This document shows positions 26,499 through 33,661 of a stretch of DNA of 49,564 bases, one piece after another. Source of the DNA: Anaerolineae bacterium (GTDB lineage: Bacteria; Chloroflexota; Limnocylindria; Limnocylindrales; CSP1-4). The translations under genes were made by a program, and so were the position numbers. The stretch spans positions 1 through 49,564 of the forward strand of contig DATHSE010000171.1 in NCBI GenBank assembly GCA_035464455.1. Reading direction: 5' to 3'. The notes below the pieces were generated by a model that made no database searches, was not told where the DNA came from, and saw only the letters and a list, made by a program, of their open reading frames with translations. Within the stretch, counting starts at the first letter, position 1, and the number at the start of each line of letters is the position of its first letter.

Positions 26499-27272
26499 TC
26501 AGTGGCCGATCTTGGTCAGCAGGCGATGACCCGCTCCGTTGGACTCGCTCGTGCCGTCGCCGGTGTCCGACCTGGGCAGGCCCCAGGGATCGGAGATGCC
26601 GGTATCGTCCTTGTTCTCGGGTGCGTCGTACTCGTCCGGCTCGACGCTCGCCTCGTCCGGCTCGACGCTCGCCTCGGCCGACTCTGGCGTCTCTGCCTCG
26701 ACCATCTCCGGCACTTCGAGCTCGGCATCCGCCTGGGGCGCATCGGCTGCGGCTTCCACGTCGCCAGTGCCGCCCGCCCTCGCGAGTGCCTCGGCAGCCT
26801 TGGCGGCAGCCGTCGTGCCCAGGTCCACGTCGGCGCTGGCGAGCGCCACGTGCGGCACCACGATGGCCTCGCTGTCGCCGCGCCACACGGCCAGCTCGAC
26901 CACCACCAGCGGCAGATGATCGGCCAATGCCTGGAGCGTGGTGCGATACCGATCGCCGGTGCTCTCGGTGACGAGCACCGCCACGTGTGTCTTGTCGGGA
27001 TGCCGAACGCGGTTGCGGGCCCAGTTGTCGAGCAGCTGGAAGCCGTGCGATGCCTCCATCTCGCCCAGCCGGACGTCCACGCTGAAGCATCGCTCGTCAT
27101 CGGTAGCCACGAACGAACGGTCATCGTCGTCGCCCGCGCCGTCGGTGACCTCCATCTCGCCCAGGCCCATGCGGCTGGGCTGCTCCTTGAGCCAGCCCTG
27201 CAGCCAGGCCTCGTCCTTGCCCAGCTCGCTCACGGTGGACACAGCACCGGAAACGATCGTTGGGGTCGTCAT
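26499..27272 (-). CDS. Hypothetical protein: restriction-endonuclease-like (DUF4268/NucS-type) N-terminal domain plus an acidic low-complexity tail
   Basis: ATG 27272 with a GAGGAG SD. The segment ..DEAWLQGWLKEQPSRMGLGEMEV..FVATDDERCFSVDVRLGEMEASHGFQLL.. resembles the IE(N)QL-x3-D-x2-HLGQLL core of that family. The C-terminal ~100 aa are Ala/Glu/Asp/Pro-rich and contain a duplicated EASVEPD. Confidence 0.6.
   Translation of the reverse strand: MTTPTIVSGAVSTVSELGKDEAWLQGWLKEQPSRMGLGEMEVTDGAGDDDDRSFVATDDERCFSVDVRLGEMEASHGFQLLDNWARNRVRHPDKTHVAVLVTESTGDRYRTTLQALADHLPLVVVELAVWRGDSEAIVVPHVALASADVDLGTTAAAKAAEALARAGGTGDVEAAADAPQADAELEVPEMVEAETPESAEASVEPDEASVEPDEYDAPENKDDTGISDPWGLPRSDTGDGTSESNGAGHRLLTKIGH
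26634..26675. repeat. Perfect 21-bp tandem duplication (GTCCGGCTCGACGCTCGCCTC x2) inside the acidic tail
   Basis: Read directly: 26634-26654 equals 26655-26675. It encodes EASVEPD twice on the minus strand. Confidence 0.9.
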
Positions 27273-27504
27273 CGCTTGCTCCTCGCACTCAACAGGCACG
27301 GCCCTGGCGAGGGTGCCGGGCACGACTCTGGTGAGTACACCGCGGCGCGTGCTCCCGCACCACAGGGCCGATGGTCCGCCCCCCGATGGACCGACCGGAG
27401 CCCAGACGCACCGACGGAAGTCGCCGCCTGTGTCACGATTGGTGCCTCCCCCGTGGCAAGTCGCCCGCGTCCGCCCCTGCTCCCGCTCCCGAAAGGAGCC
27501 CTCG

Positions 27505-28290
27505 ATGTCCGCCGCTTCCAGGTCCACCTCCACCGCAGTGCCTGCCAGGGCTCCCAAGCCCACCAAGGCCACGGGTGCCAGCAAGGCCACCGACGCCGGC
27601 AAGGCCACGGGTGCCACCAAGGCCACCGGCGCCACCAAGGCCGGGAAGCCGGAACCGGCGGGCAGCACGTCCAGCCATCCCGGCGGCGAGCCGTCGCGAC
27701 GAGGAGATCGACCGCAGCAGTCGGGCGGCCCATCCGCGGTGACTGCGCTCGAGATCGTCCGCCCGCTCATCCGCGTACGCCAGATGCGCGAGTTCACCAG
27801 CAAGCGGGTGACGAACGCGGAGCTGGAGGCGATCACGGAGGTCGCGCGCTGGTCGGGTAGCAGCCGCAACGAACAGTCCTGCCGCTTCATCACGCTGCGC
27901 GACAGGGATGTCATCGGAAAGATCGCCGAGATGGGCCTGCCGCAGACGCGTGGCCTGCGTACAGCTGCCGTCGCGGTCGCCATCGTCGAGCCGGAAGAGC
28001 CCGAGCGTGGCCTGTCGCGTGCGTTCGACAACGGCCGTGCTGCCGAGCGCATGCTCATCGCCGCCAGCATGCTGGGCCTGGGCGGCGGCATCTCGCGCGT
28101 ACGTGCTGACGTCCGCGACGGCATCAACGAGCTGCTGGATCTGCCCGCCAATCGGTCGGTTCGGACGATCGTGGCCATCGGCCACCCAACCGACGAGGCA
28201 CTGGCCCCCAAGTCGCGTCCGGGTACCGCGCGCCTGCCGCGCGAGCAGGTCATCTTCGACGGGTGCTGGCCGGGGCCGGGGGCGCGATAG
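27505..28290 (+). CDS. Nitroreductase family protein with an N-terminal Lys/Ala/Thr-rich repeat tail
   Basis: AAAGGAG SD 6 nt before ATG 27505. The core REFTSKRVTNAELEAITEVARWSGSSRNEQSCRFITLRD .. IVAIGHP is nitroreductase-like. The first ~80 aa are low-complexity (KATGAS/KATDAG/KATGAT..). Confidence 0.8.
   Translation: MSAASRSTSTAVPARAPKPTKATGASKATDAGKATGATKATGATKAGKPEPAGSTSSHPGGEPSRRGDRPQQSGGPSAVTALEIVRPLIRVRQMREFTSKRVTNAELEAITEVARWSGSSRNEQSCRFITLRDRDVIGKIAEMGLPQTRGLRTAAVAVAIVEPEEPERGLSRAFDNGRAAERMLIAASMLGLGGGISRVRADVRDGINELLDLPANRSVRTIVAIGHPTDEALAPKSRPGTARLPREQVIFDGCWPGPGAR
27565..27650 (+). repeat. 18-bp in-frame tandem repeat x4.7 (AAGGCCACSGRYGCCRSC) encoding KATGA(S/T)
   Basis: Units start at 27565, 27583, 27601 and 27619, with a partial unit at 27637. 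Confidence 0.85.
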
Positions 28291-28559
28291 TCGCCGCCGA
28301 CGGGGACTCGACGAGCAGGAACTCGGTCAGATGTCCGGCTGGGGCCCGGTAGGCGGGATGGGCGCGGCCGAGAAGGCCTGCTCCTGCGCAGGACCGCGTC
28401 TGGAGCCGAGATTCCGAGCGTGGATGTGGAGTCTCAGCCGCGCCACTGGGCGCCGGTGTGCGCTCCGTGCCCGGCGACTGGTCGTCTAACGGGCCCCAGG
28501 CGGACATCTGGCCAGAAGCCTTACCCGGCCGTTGGGCGCGGGTCGCGGCGGCCGCGCGG

Positions 28560-29369
28560 TCACGCTCCCCAGGCCGCTGCCAGGCCGGCCGTCACGGCGC
28601 GTTCGACCGCGGCGCTGACGCTGCCGAAATCGGGACGCCGTTCGGCCGTGGCTTCATCGATGTACAGACCGCGTCGAACCTCGACCATCACCGAGCGTAC
28701 GCGCCGCTCGCGACCGTAGGCGCCGCTGGGCACGAACGTGCCGGCGAAGGGCGAGTCACGCTCCACCCTGAAGCCCTCGGCCGCGAAGGCCGCCGTCATC
28801 GCGTCTGCCAGCGCGCGTGGGGTGTGGGTGGCATCGGTGCCGATGCAGATATCCGGCCGCCCCGGCGCCCGGTCGAGCTCGCTCGGCAGCGGCACCGACG
28901 GAAAGGAGTGGCAGTCGAGCACGGTGCAGTCGCCGTACGCCTCGAGCATCTCGTCCACCAGCGCGTCGAGGGCAGCGTGATAGGGGCGATAGAGCGCGGC
29001 GATGCGCCGCTCACGCAGCATGGGGTCCGGCTCGCGCAGCAGCTGGCCCTCCGTGCCGCGCCAGTAGACGACGCCCTGGCCCTGCGCCGCCATCGGCTCG
29101 AGCGCGTCGTCGAGGAAACGCTCGGGATCGAACACCAGGCGCGACAGACGGTTGACAAAGCTCGTGACACCGTGCGTCGTGAGCGGTGCGAAGAGGTCAT
29201 CGGTATGCCAGTCGGTCAGCCGCAGGAGCTCGACACGCAGCGCATCATCAGGGAGCAGGATCTCGGCGCGGACCGCGCCGGGGATGAGGGTCGACGCGTG
29301 CGGCACGTGCGCCACGACGGGCACCCTCGGACCGAGGGGCCCGACGACCTCGAACGCTGGTTGTCCCAT
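28560..29369 (-). CDS. N-formylglutamate amidohydrolase family protein
   Basis: VVAHVPHASTLIP, TDWHTDDLF, VNRLSRLVFDPERF, VLDCHSFPS and ICIGTD are family motifs. Start uncertain: ATG 29369 (MGQPAFEVV..) fits family N-termini, but ATG 29507 has a better SD (GAGG-N4). Confidence 0.75.
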   Translation of the reverse strand: MGQPAFEVVGPLGPRVPVVAHVPHASTLIPGAVRAEILLPDDALRVELLRLTDWHTDDLFAPLTTHGVTSFVNRLSRLVFDPERFLDDALEPMAAQGQGVVYWRGTEGQLLREPDPMLRERRIAALYRPYHAALDALVDEMLEAYGDCTVLDCHSFPSVPLPSELDRAPGRPDICIGTDATHTPRALADAMTAAFAAEGFRVERDSPFAGTFVPSGAYGRERRVRSVMVEVRRGLYIDEATAERRPDFGSVSAAVERAVTAGLAAAWGA

Positions 29370-29660
29370 GATTGGCGTCACGCTCTCAGTGTCACGAGGA
29401 AGGGCGGTGGTGTCGGGCTCGCCGACCACCCCGTCAGGCTCTCGACGCCGATCTCCCAGGGCGCGCCGTAGGCGGTAGCTGGGGTCGTAGAGCCACGAAC
29501 CCGGCATCGGACCTCGTGCTTGCCCCGGGCACTGTGCCACACAGCTGGCAGACACGGCAGCGACGATCCCCGCGCGACCTCGAACGAGGCCGCGCCGCGC
29601 CGCACGTCATCTCGGTCGACGGCCGGGCCTTCGGCTGGCGGACGACCGTTACGCTCCGGC

Positions 29661-29730
29661 GCAGGAGACCTGGCTACGGCGCAGGAGACCTGGCTACGAC
29701 GCAGGAGACCTGGCTACGACGCAGGAGATG
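29661..29730 (+). repeat. 20-bp tandem repeat x3.5 (GCAGGAGACCTGGCTACGRC) upstream of the thermonuclease gene
   Basis: Units at 29661, 29681 and 29701, with a truncated fourth at 29721 ending in GCAGGAGATG. Each unit contains an SD-like AGGAG. Confidence 0.9.
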
Positions 29731-29799
29731 GCGTGGCACCATCGGCCGGACGCTCGAAGTGCCGGTGGCGACGGCGTCGAACAGCAGCGAAGGAGAACG

Positions 29800-30408
29800 A
29801 TGGCCCGACTCACGCGGATGCTCAGCGTGCTCCTATGCGCGCTGGCGCTAGCGCTCGTCCAGGTGGCGGTCGCGGCTCAGGACGTCCCGGCGCCGACACC
29901 ACCGGCTGACGGCGAGCTGGCGTGGGTGGTCGCTGTCGTCGACGGCGACACCATCCGGGTCGACCGGGGCAGCGGCATCGCCGAGCGGCTGCGCTACATC
30001 GGCATCGACACGCCCGAGACCGTCCATCCCGAGGTCCCGGTGGAACCGTGGGGTCCGGAGGCAGCCGCCGCCAATGCCGACCTTGTGGCCGGGAAGCAGG
30101 TGCTCCTGGAGCGGGACGTCAGCGAGGTCGACCGCTTCGAACGACTGCTGCGCTACGTCTGGGTGGAGACGCCGGGCGGTTGGCGCATGGTCAACGCGGA
30201 GCTGGTCGCCCTCGGCCTGGCCGAGGCACGCGCCTACCCACCTGACACCCGGCACCACGAGTACCTGCGCGGGATGGAGGAGGCAGCGAGGCGGGCTGGG
30301 GCCGGCCTTCACGGCTCGCACCCCCAGGCGTCGGCCACGCCCGAGCCCGCCACGGAGGCGTCCGGGCTCCTCGACCGGCTCCTCGACCTCCTCCTCGGCG
30401 ACCGCTAG
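29800..30408 (+). CDS. Secreted thermonuclease (staphylococcal-nuclease/SNase-like) family protein
   Basis: GAAGGAGA SD before ATG 29800. Signal peptide MARLTRMLSVLLCALALALVQVAVAAQ. SNase motifs VVDGDTIRV, RLRYIGIDTPE, VDRFERLLRYVW. Confidence 0.85.
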   Translation: MARLTRMLSVLLCALALALVQVAVAAQDVPAPTPPADGELAWVVAVVDGDTIRVDRGSGIAERLRYIGIDTPETVHPEVPVEPWGPEAAAANADLVAGKQVLLERDVSEVDRFERLLRYVWVETPGGWRMVNAELVALGLAEARAYPPDTRHHEYLRGMEEAARRAGAGLHGSHPQASATPEPATEASGLLDRLLDLLLGDR

Positions 30409-30527
30409 CCCAGATCAGCATGCAGCGTGATGGCCTGATCGTCCGCAAGGAGGTGATGCGTGTACGGGAGGCGAGAGGCCGATGTGAGAGATGACCGAGG
30501 GTAGACGAGCGAGGGGAGAGCTGACCG

Positions 30528-31349
30528 ATGGGAGACGAGATGACTGAGACCATGACGAGCGCGGCCGGGACGCCGGTGACCGTGTACCACGATGCCGACG
30601 CCCTGGGCGAGGCGCTGGCGCGCGAGATCCTCGCCGGCATCGCCGCCGTCCCCGCAGGAGGACGCTACCTGCTGGGCTGTCCCGGCGGTCGCAGCCTGCG
30701 TTCGACCTACCAGGCCATCGCGCGCCTCGTGCCGGCCGATGCGGACCTGCGCCAGCTCATCATCGTGATGATGGACGAGTACGTGGTGGGCACGCCTGGC
30801 GCGCTTCGAGCCGCCGAGCCTGCGGCCCACTTCTCCTGCCAGGGCTTCGCGCAGCGCGAGATCGTGGGCCCGATCAACGCGGCCGTCACGGCCGGTCACG
30901 GCATCCTGCCAGAGCAGGTCTGGGGCCCCGACCCGTCAGATCCGGCTGCCTACGACCAGCGCATCGCCGAAGCCGGCGGCGTTGAGCTCTTCCTCGCAGC
31001 CAGCGGTGCGGGCGATGGCCATGTCGCCTTCATGGCGCCGCCGGCCGACCTTGGCGGCAGCAGCACCGTGTTGGCGCTGGCCGAGCAGACCCGCCGCGAC
31101 AACATGGCCACCTTCCCCGAGTTCCGCACCCTCGACGACGTGCCGCGCTACGGCGTCTCGGTGGGCCTGGGCACGATCGCCGGCCTTTCACGCCACGTCG
31201 CCATGGTCCTCCTGGGGGCGGCCAAACAGGCCAGCGCGCGGCGCATCCTCGCTGCCCGCGACTTCGAGCCTGACTGGCCGGCCACGTTCATCCACCGCTG
31301 TCCAGATCCGCGCATCCTGCTCGACAGGGCGGCTGCCGGGAGCGACTGA
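30528..31349 (+). CDS. Glucosamine-6-phosphate deaminase / 6-phosphogluconolactonase family protein (NagB-like)
   Basis: LLGCPGGRSLRSTYQAI, IIVMMDEYVV and FLAASGAGDGHVAF fit the NagB/Pgl sugar-phosphate isomerase fold. Alternative start ATG 30540. Confidence 0.7.
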   Translation: MGDEMTETMTSAAGTPVTVYHDADALGEALAREILAGIAAVPAGGRYLLGCPGGRSLRSTYQAIARLVPADADLRQLIIVMMDEYVVGTPGALRAAEPAAHFSCQGFAQREIVGPINAAVTAGHGILPEQVWGPDPSDPAAYDQRIAEAGGVELFLAASGAGDGHVAFMAPPADLGGSSTVLALAEQTRRDNMATFPEFRTLDDVPRYGVSVGLGTIAGLSRHVAMVLLGAAKQASARRILAARDFEPDWPATFIHRCPDPRILLDRAAAGSD

Positions 31350-31483
31350 CGGCTTCGGCGCCTCCCCGCTGCGCGTGCCGGTCACCCAAGGCTTGCGCCC
31401 GCGCAGCTCGACACGCGACCGGGACCGGGTCGTCGATGCCCATCGGCGCAGCACGGCTTCGCCAATCGGGCTAGCCTGAGCGA

Positions 31484-32728
31484 ATGAGCGCCGGCAACGT
31501 CCTGCCTCGCCTGGCAACCGCGGCCCTCTCGGCTGCGCTGGCCCTGTCGCTCTCCGTCCCGCCCGCGACGCTGGCCACGGCCACCGATCCGGAGCTGATC
31601 GTGACGTTGGAGCTGCCCACGGGGGACGTCGACTACGATCTCGAGCTGGGCAGGTTGCATGTCTTCGATGAGGAGGACACGCCCTTCGTCGTGTCGGTCA
31701 TCGACGGCTGCAGCGTGAACGACCACCTGTGGGTCGCTGGAGCCGGCCTTTCGGGCATCCCGGTGCCGCTGACGGTCCGCGACCTGCGGAGTGGCAGAAG
31801 TGCGCGCACCGTCCTGCCGGCGTACGAGCCCGGCGTTCCCATCGGCACCGTCATCGAGCCGGAGGCGTTGCCCGTCTGCGGCGACGACCCGCCGGGTGGC
31901 CTGCCGGCCCTATCGGGCACGGCCACTCTTACCTCTGCCGATGGTCGCGGCGACGACTATCCGGTCTCCATCTTCGTGCGCTCCGACGGCAGCGAGGATG
32001 GCTATCGTCGCCTCGTCCGCGGTGGCTCGTCGTTCCCCATCATCAGCAAAGGCTCGCCCGTCGTCGCCGTCGACGAAAGCGTCGTCTACGACGAGCTGGT
32101 GTTGCTGGCCGAGGGTCGCACGCCGCGCAAGATCGAGGGCGTCGTCTTCCGCGGTGCGGAGGGGATGTTGCCGGATCGGGCTCGCCTCGAGCGGGTCCTC
32201 AAAGGCATCGACCGCTCTCGTGTCCGGCGCGCCTTCGAGACAGCCAAGAACGTGCGCGTGCCGCAGGGGCTCATCGATGAGCTGGGCCTCACCGGCGTGG
32301 ATCAGATCCACCACCTCAGTCTCGATCTCGACACTCTCGGTGCCGACGCTTACCTGGCCAAGGCGGGCTGGATCCGGGAGCGGGGACGGCCCATAGAGCC
32401 GCCGGTGCCGGTCGATGCCCGCTTCAGCGTGAAGACCGCGCGCGCCAGCGGCGAGACGGAGGAGATCCCGCTGGTCGGGCCGCTCGTGGGCAGTGAGGCG
32501 GCAGGCCGGTTGTGGGAGCATCGCTCCGCTGGTGTCCTGGTGCAGATCATCGATGCCTGCGACCTGGGCGGCTCGTTCTGGACGCTCGCCGGTGCCGCGA
32601 CCGACGAGCCGCTTGAGCTGGTCATCACTGACACCCAGTCCGGTGGCACCGCCACCTATCTGCTGTGGACCGACCGGGAGGATGTGTCCCGACTCTCCGA
32701 TAGCGCCTCCTTGACGGGATGCCCCTGA
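31484..32728 (+). CDS. Secreted hypothetical protein (414 aa)
   Basis: Signal peptide (LPRLATAALSAALALSLSVPPATLATA). No family recognised. Confidence 0.6.
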   Translation: MSAGNVLPRLATAALSAALALSLSVPPATLATATDPELIVTLELPTGDVDYDLELGRLHVFDEEDTPFVVSVIDGCSVNDHLWVAGAGLSGIPVPLTVRDLRSGRSARTVLPAYEPGVPIGTVIEPEALPVCGDDPPGGLPALSGTATLTSADGRGDDYPVSIFVRSDGSEDGYRRLVRGGSSFPIISKGSPVVAVDESVVYDELVLLAEGRTPRKIEGVVFRGAEGMLPDRARLERVLKGIDRSRVRRAFETAKNVRVPQGLIDELGLTGVDQIHHLSLDLDTLGADAYLAKAGWIRERGRPIEPPVPVDARFSVKTARASGETEEIPLVGPLVGSEAAGRLWEHRSAGVLVQIIDACDLGGSFWTLAGAATDEPLELVITDTQSGGTATYLLWTDREDVSRLSDSASLTGCP

Positions 32729-32828
32729 CGGGTTGCTATTGCCGGCTTTTGCCCCGGACGGTTTGCCCCGGACGGTCTCGATACTTTCGGAGCTGTGACG
32801 ACCACCGTGGCACGGGTATCCTGTGCTC

Positions 32829-33569
32829 ATGGGAAAGGCCAGATGGTGGGTCTGCTCCGACTGCAAGAGCCTGAACGATCTGCCCGCCAACCGGTGCTAC
32901 AAGTGCCGCGTCGAGAAGCCCGCCAACCCGAGGCTCATCGACGATCAGTACAGCGATGTTGGCAGCACCCAGGCACGCGTCGGCATCACGGTCGACCTCT
33001 CCAAGCTGGCTGAGCTCACCTCGCCCGACCCCCTCGAGACCGCCAGGGGGGGTGGGGTCATCGAGGCCTTTCACCCGCAAGACGCGCCATCGACCAAGAC
33101 CGAGGCCCCGACCAGCCGAATGTCCGACACGGGCTGGCCTCCGAGCCGGCCCGATCGCTCGACCTCGCCACGACCGCTCCGGGATCCGACGCCGCGCAGC
33201 ATCGCCGAGGTCGGCAACCGACCGTGGGCTGACGCACTGCCACCGGCTCCCCCACGACCGGCCGCGCCAGCGGCTCCACCACCGGACCACGCGGCTCCAC
33301 CACCGCCAGCGGCTCCACCACCGCCAGCGGCCTACGCAGCGACCCCACCGCCACCGGGCCCACTCCCGCACCCAGGGCTCCCACCGCCACCGCCGGGTGC
33401 CCCGCCCCGCTCCGCATATCCCCCGGCGCCCGGATACCCTCGACCTCCCGGGTTCGCACCGCCATCCGGCGCACCGGGGAGTCCGCATGCTCCGCACCCG
33501 GGCGCCCCGACCTGGCCGCCAGCACCGCGGCCAGCACCGCCACCGGCGGCGCGTGAGCCCGAGGAGTAA
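32829..33569 (+). CDS. RanBP2-type zinc-finger protein with a long proline-rich C-terminal region
   Basis: WVCSDCKSLNDLPANRCYKC matches W-x-C-x2-C-x3-N-x6-C-x2-C exactly. The C-terminal ~130 aa are about 50% Pro. TATCCT hexamer 6 nt upstream of ATG 32829 (the ORF track starts at GTG 32823). Confidence 0.7.
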   Translation: MGKARWWVCSDCKSLNDLPANRCYKCRVEKPANPRLIDDQYSDVGSTQARVGITVDLSKLAELTSPDPLETARGGGVIEAFHPQDAPSTKTEAPTSRMSDTGWPPSRPDRSTSPRPLRDPTPRSIAEVGNRPWADALPPAPPRPAAPAAPPPDHAAPPPPAAPPPPAAYAATPPPPGPLPHPGLPPPPPGAPPRSAYPPAPGYPRPPGFAPPSGAPGSPHAPHPGAPTWPPAPRPAPPPAAREPEE

Positions 33570-33661
33570 CCGCACGGGACCGGACTCGGCGAGCCCATGA
33601 CCGTCTGGCCCTGGGGCCGCCTGCGAGAATCGGACGGCGCCGGTACCCTCTCCACTTCGAC

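Noticed and set aside
26938-27504. N-terminal 189 codons of the 450-aa ORF containing the nitroreductase, and likewise 27273-28253 of the 584-aa minus-strand ORF
   Set aside because: Each extension is antisense to the other gene's well-supported coding part and is Ser/Arg/Pro-rich. Internal ATGs with strong SDs (27505 +, 27272 -) give proteins of normal family length.
28361-28445. tRNA-like element: GGCGCGG ... CCGCGCC-A, 85 nt, in the 270-bp convergent gap
   Set aside because: Only the outer 7-bp acceptor-like stem fits. There is no U8, no GG-containing D-loop in register, no TPsiC-type GTTCRANYC loop before the 3' strand, and no CCA. The reverse strand fails as well. It is probably just a GC-rich hairpin or terminator region.
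29728-29799. Upstream ATG 29728 as the thermonuclease start (ORF track 29728..30408)
   Set aside because: The AGGAG abuts the ATG with zero spacing. The extension (MAWHHRPDARSAGGDGVEQQRRRT) precedes, and would bury, an otherwise perfect signal peptide that begins at ATG 29800, which has a well-spaced GAAGGAGA SD.
31368-31407. Possible terminator after the NagB-like gene (GCTGCGCG .. CGCGCAGC)
   Set aside because: It has an 8-bp stem but a 24-nt loop and no U-tract, which is too weak to report as a feature.
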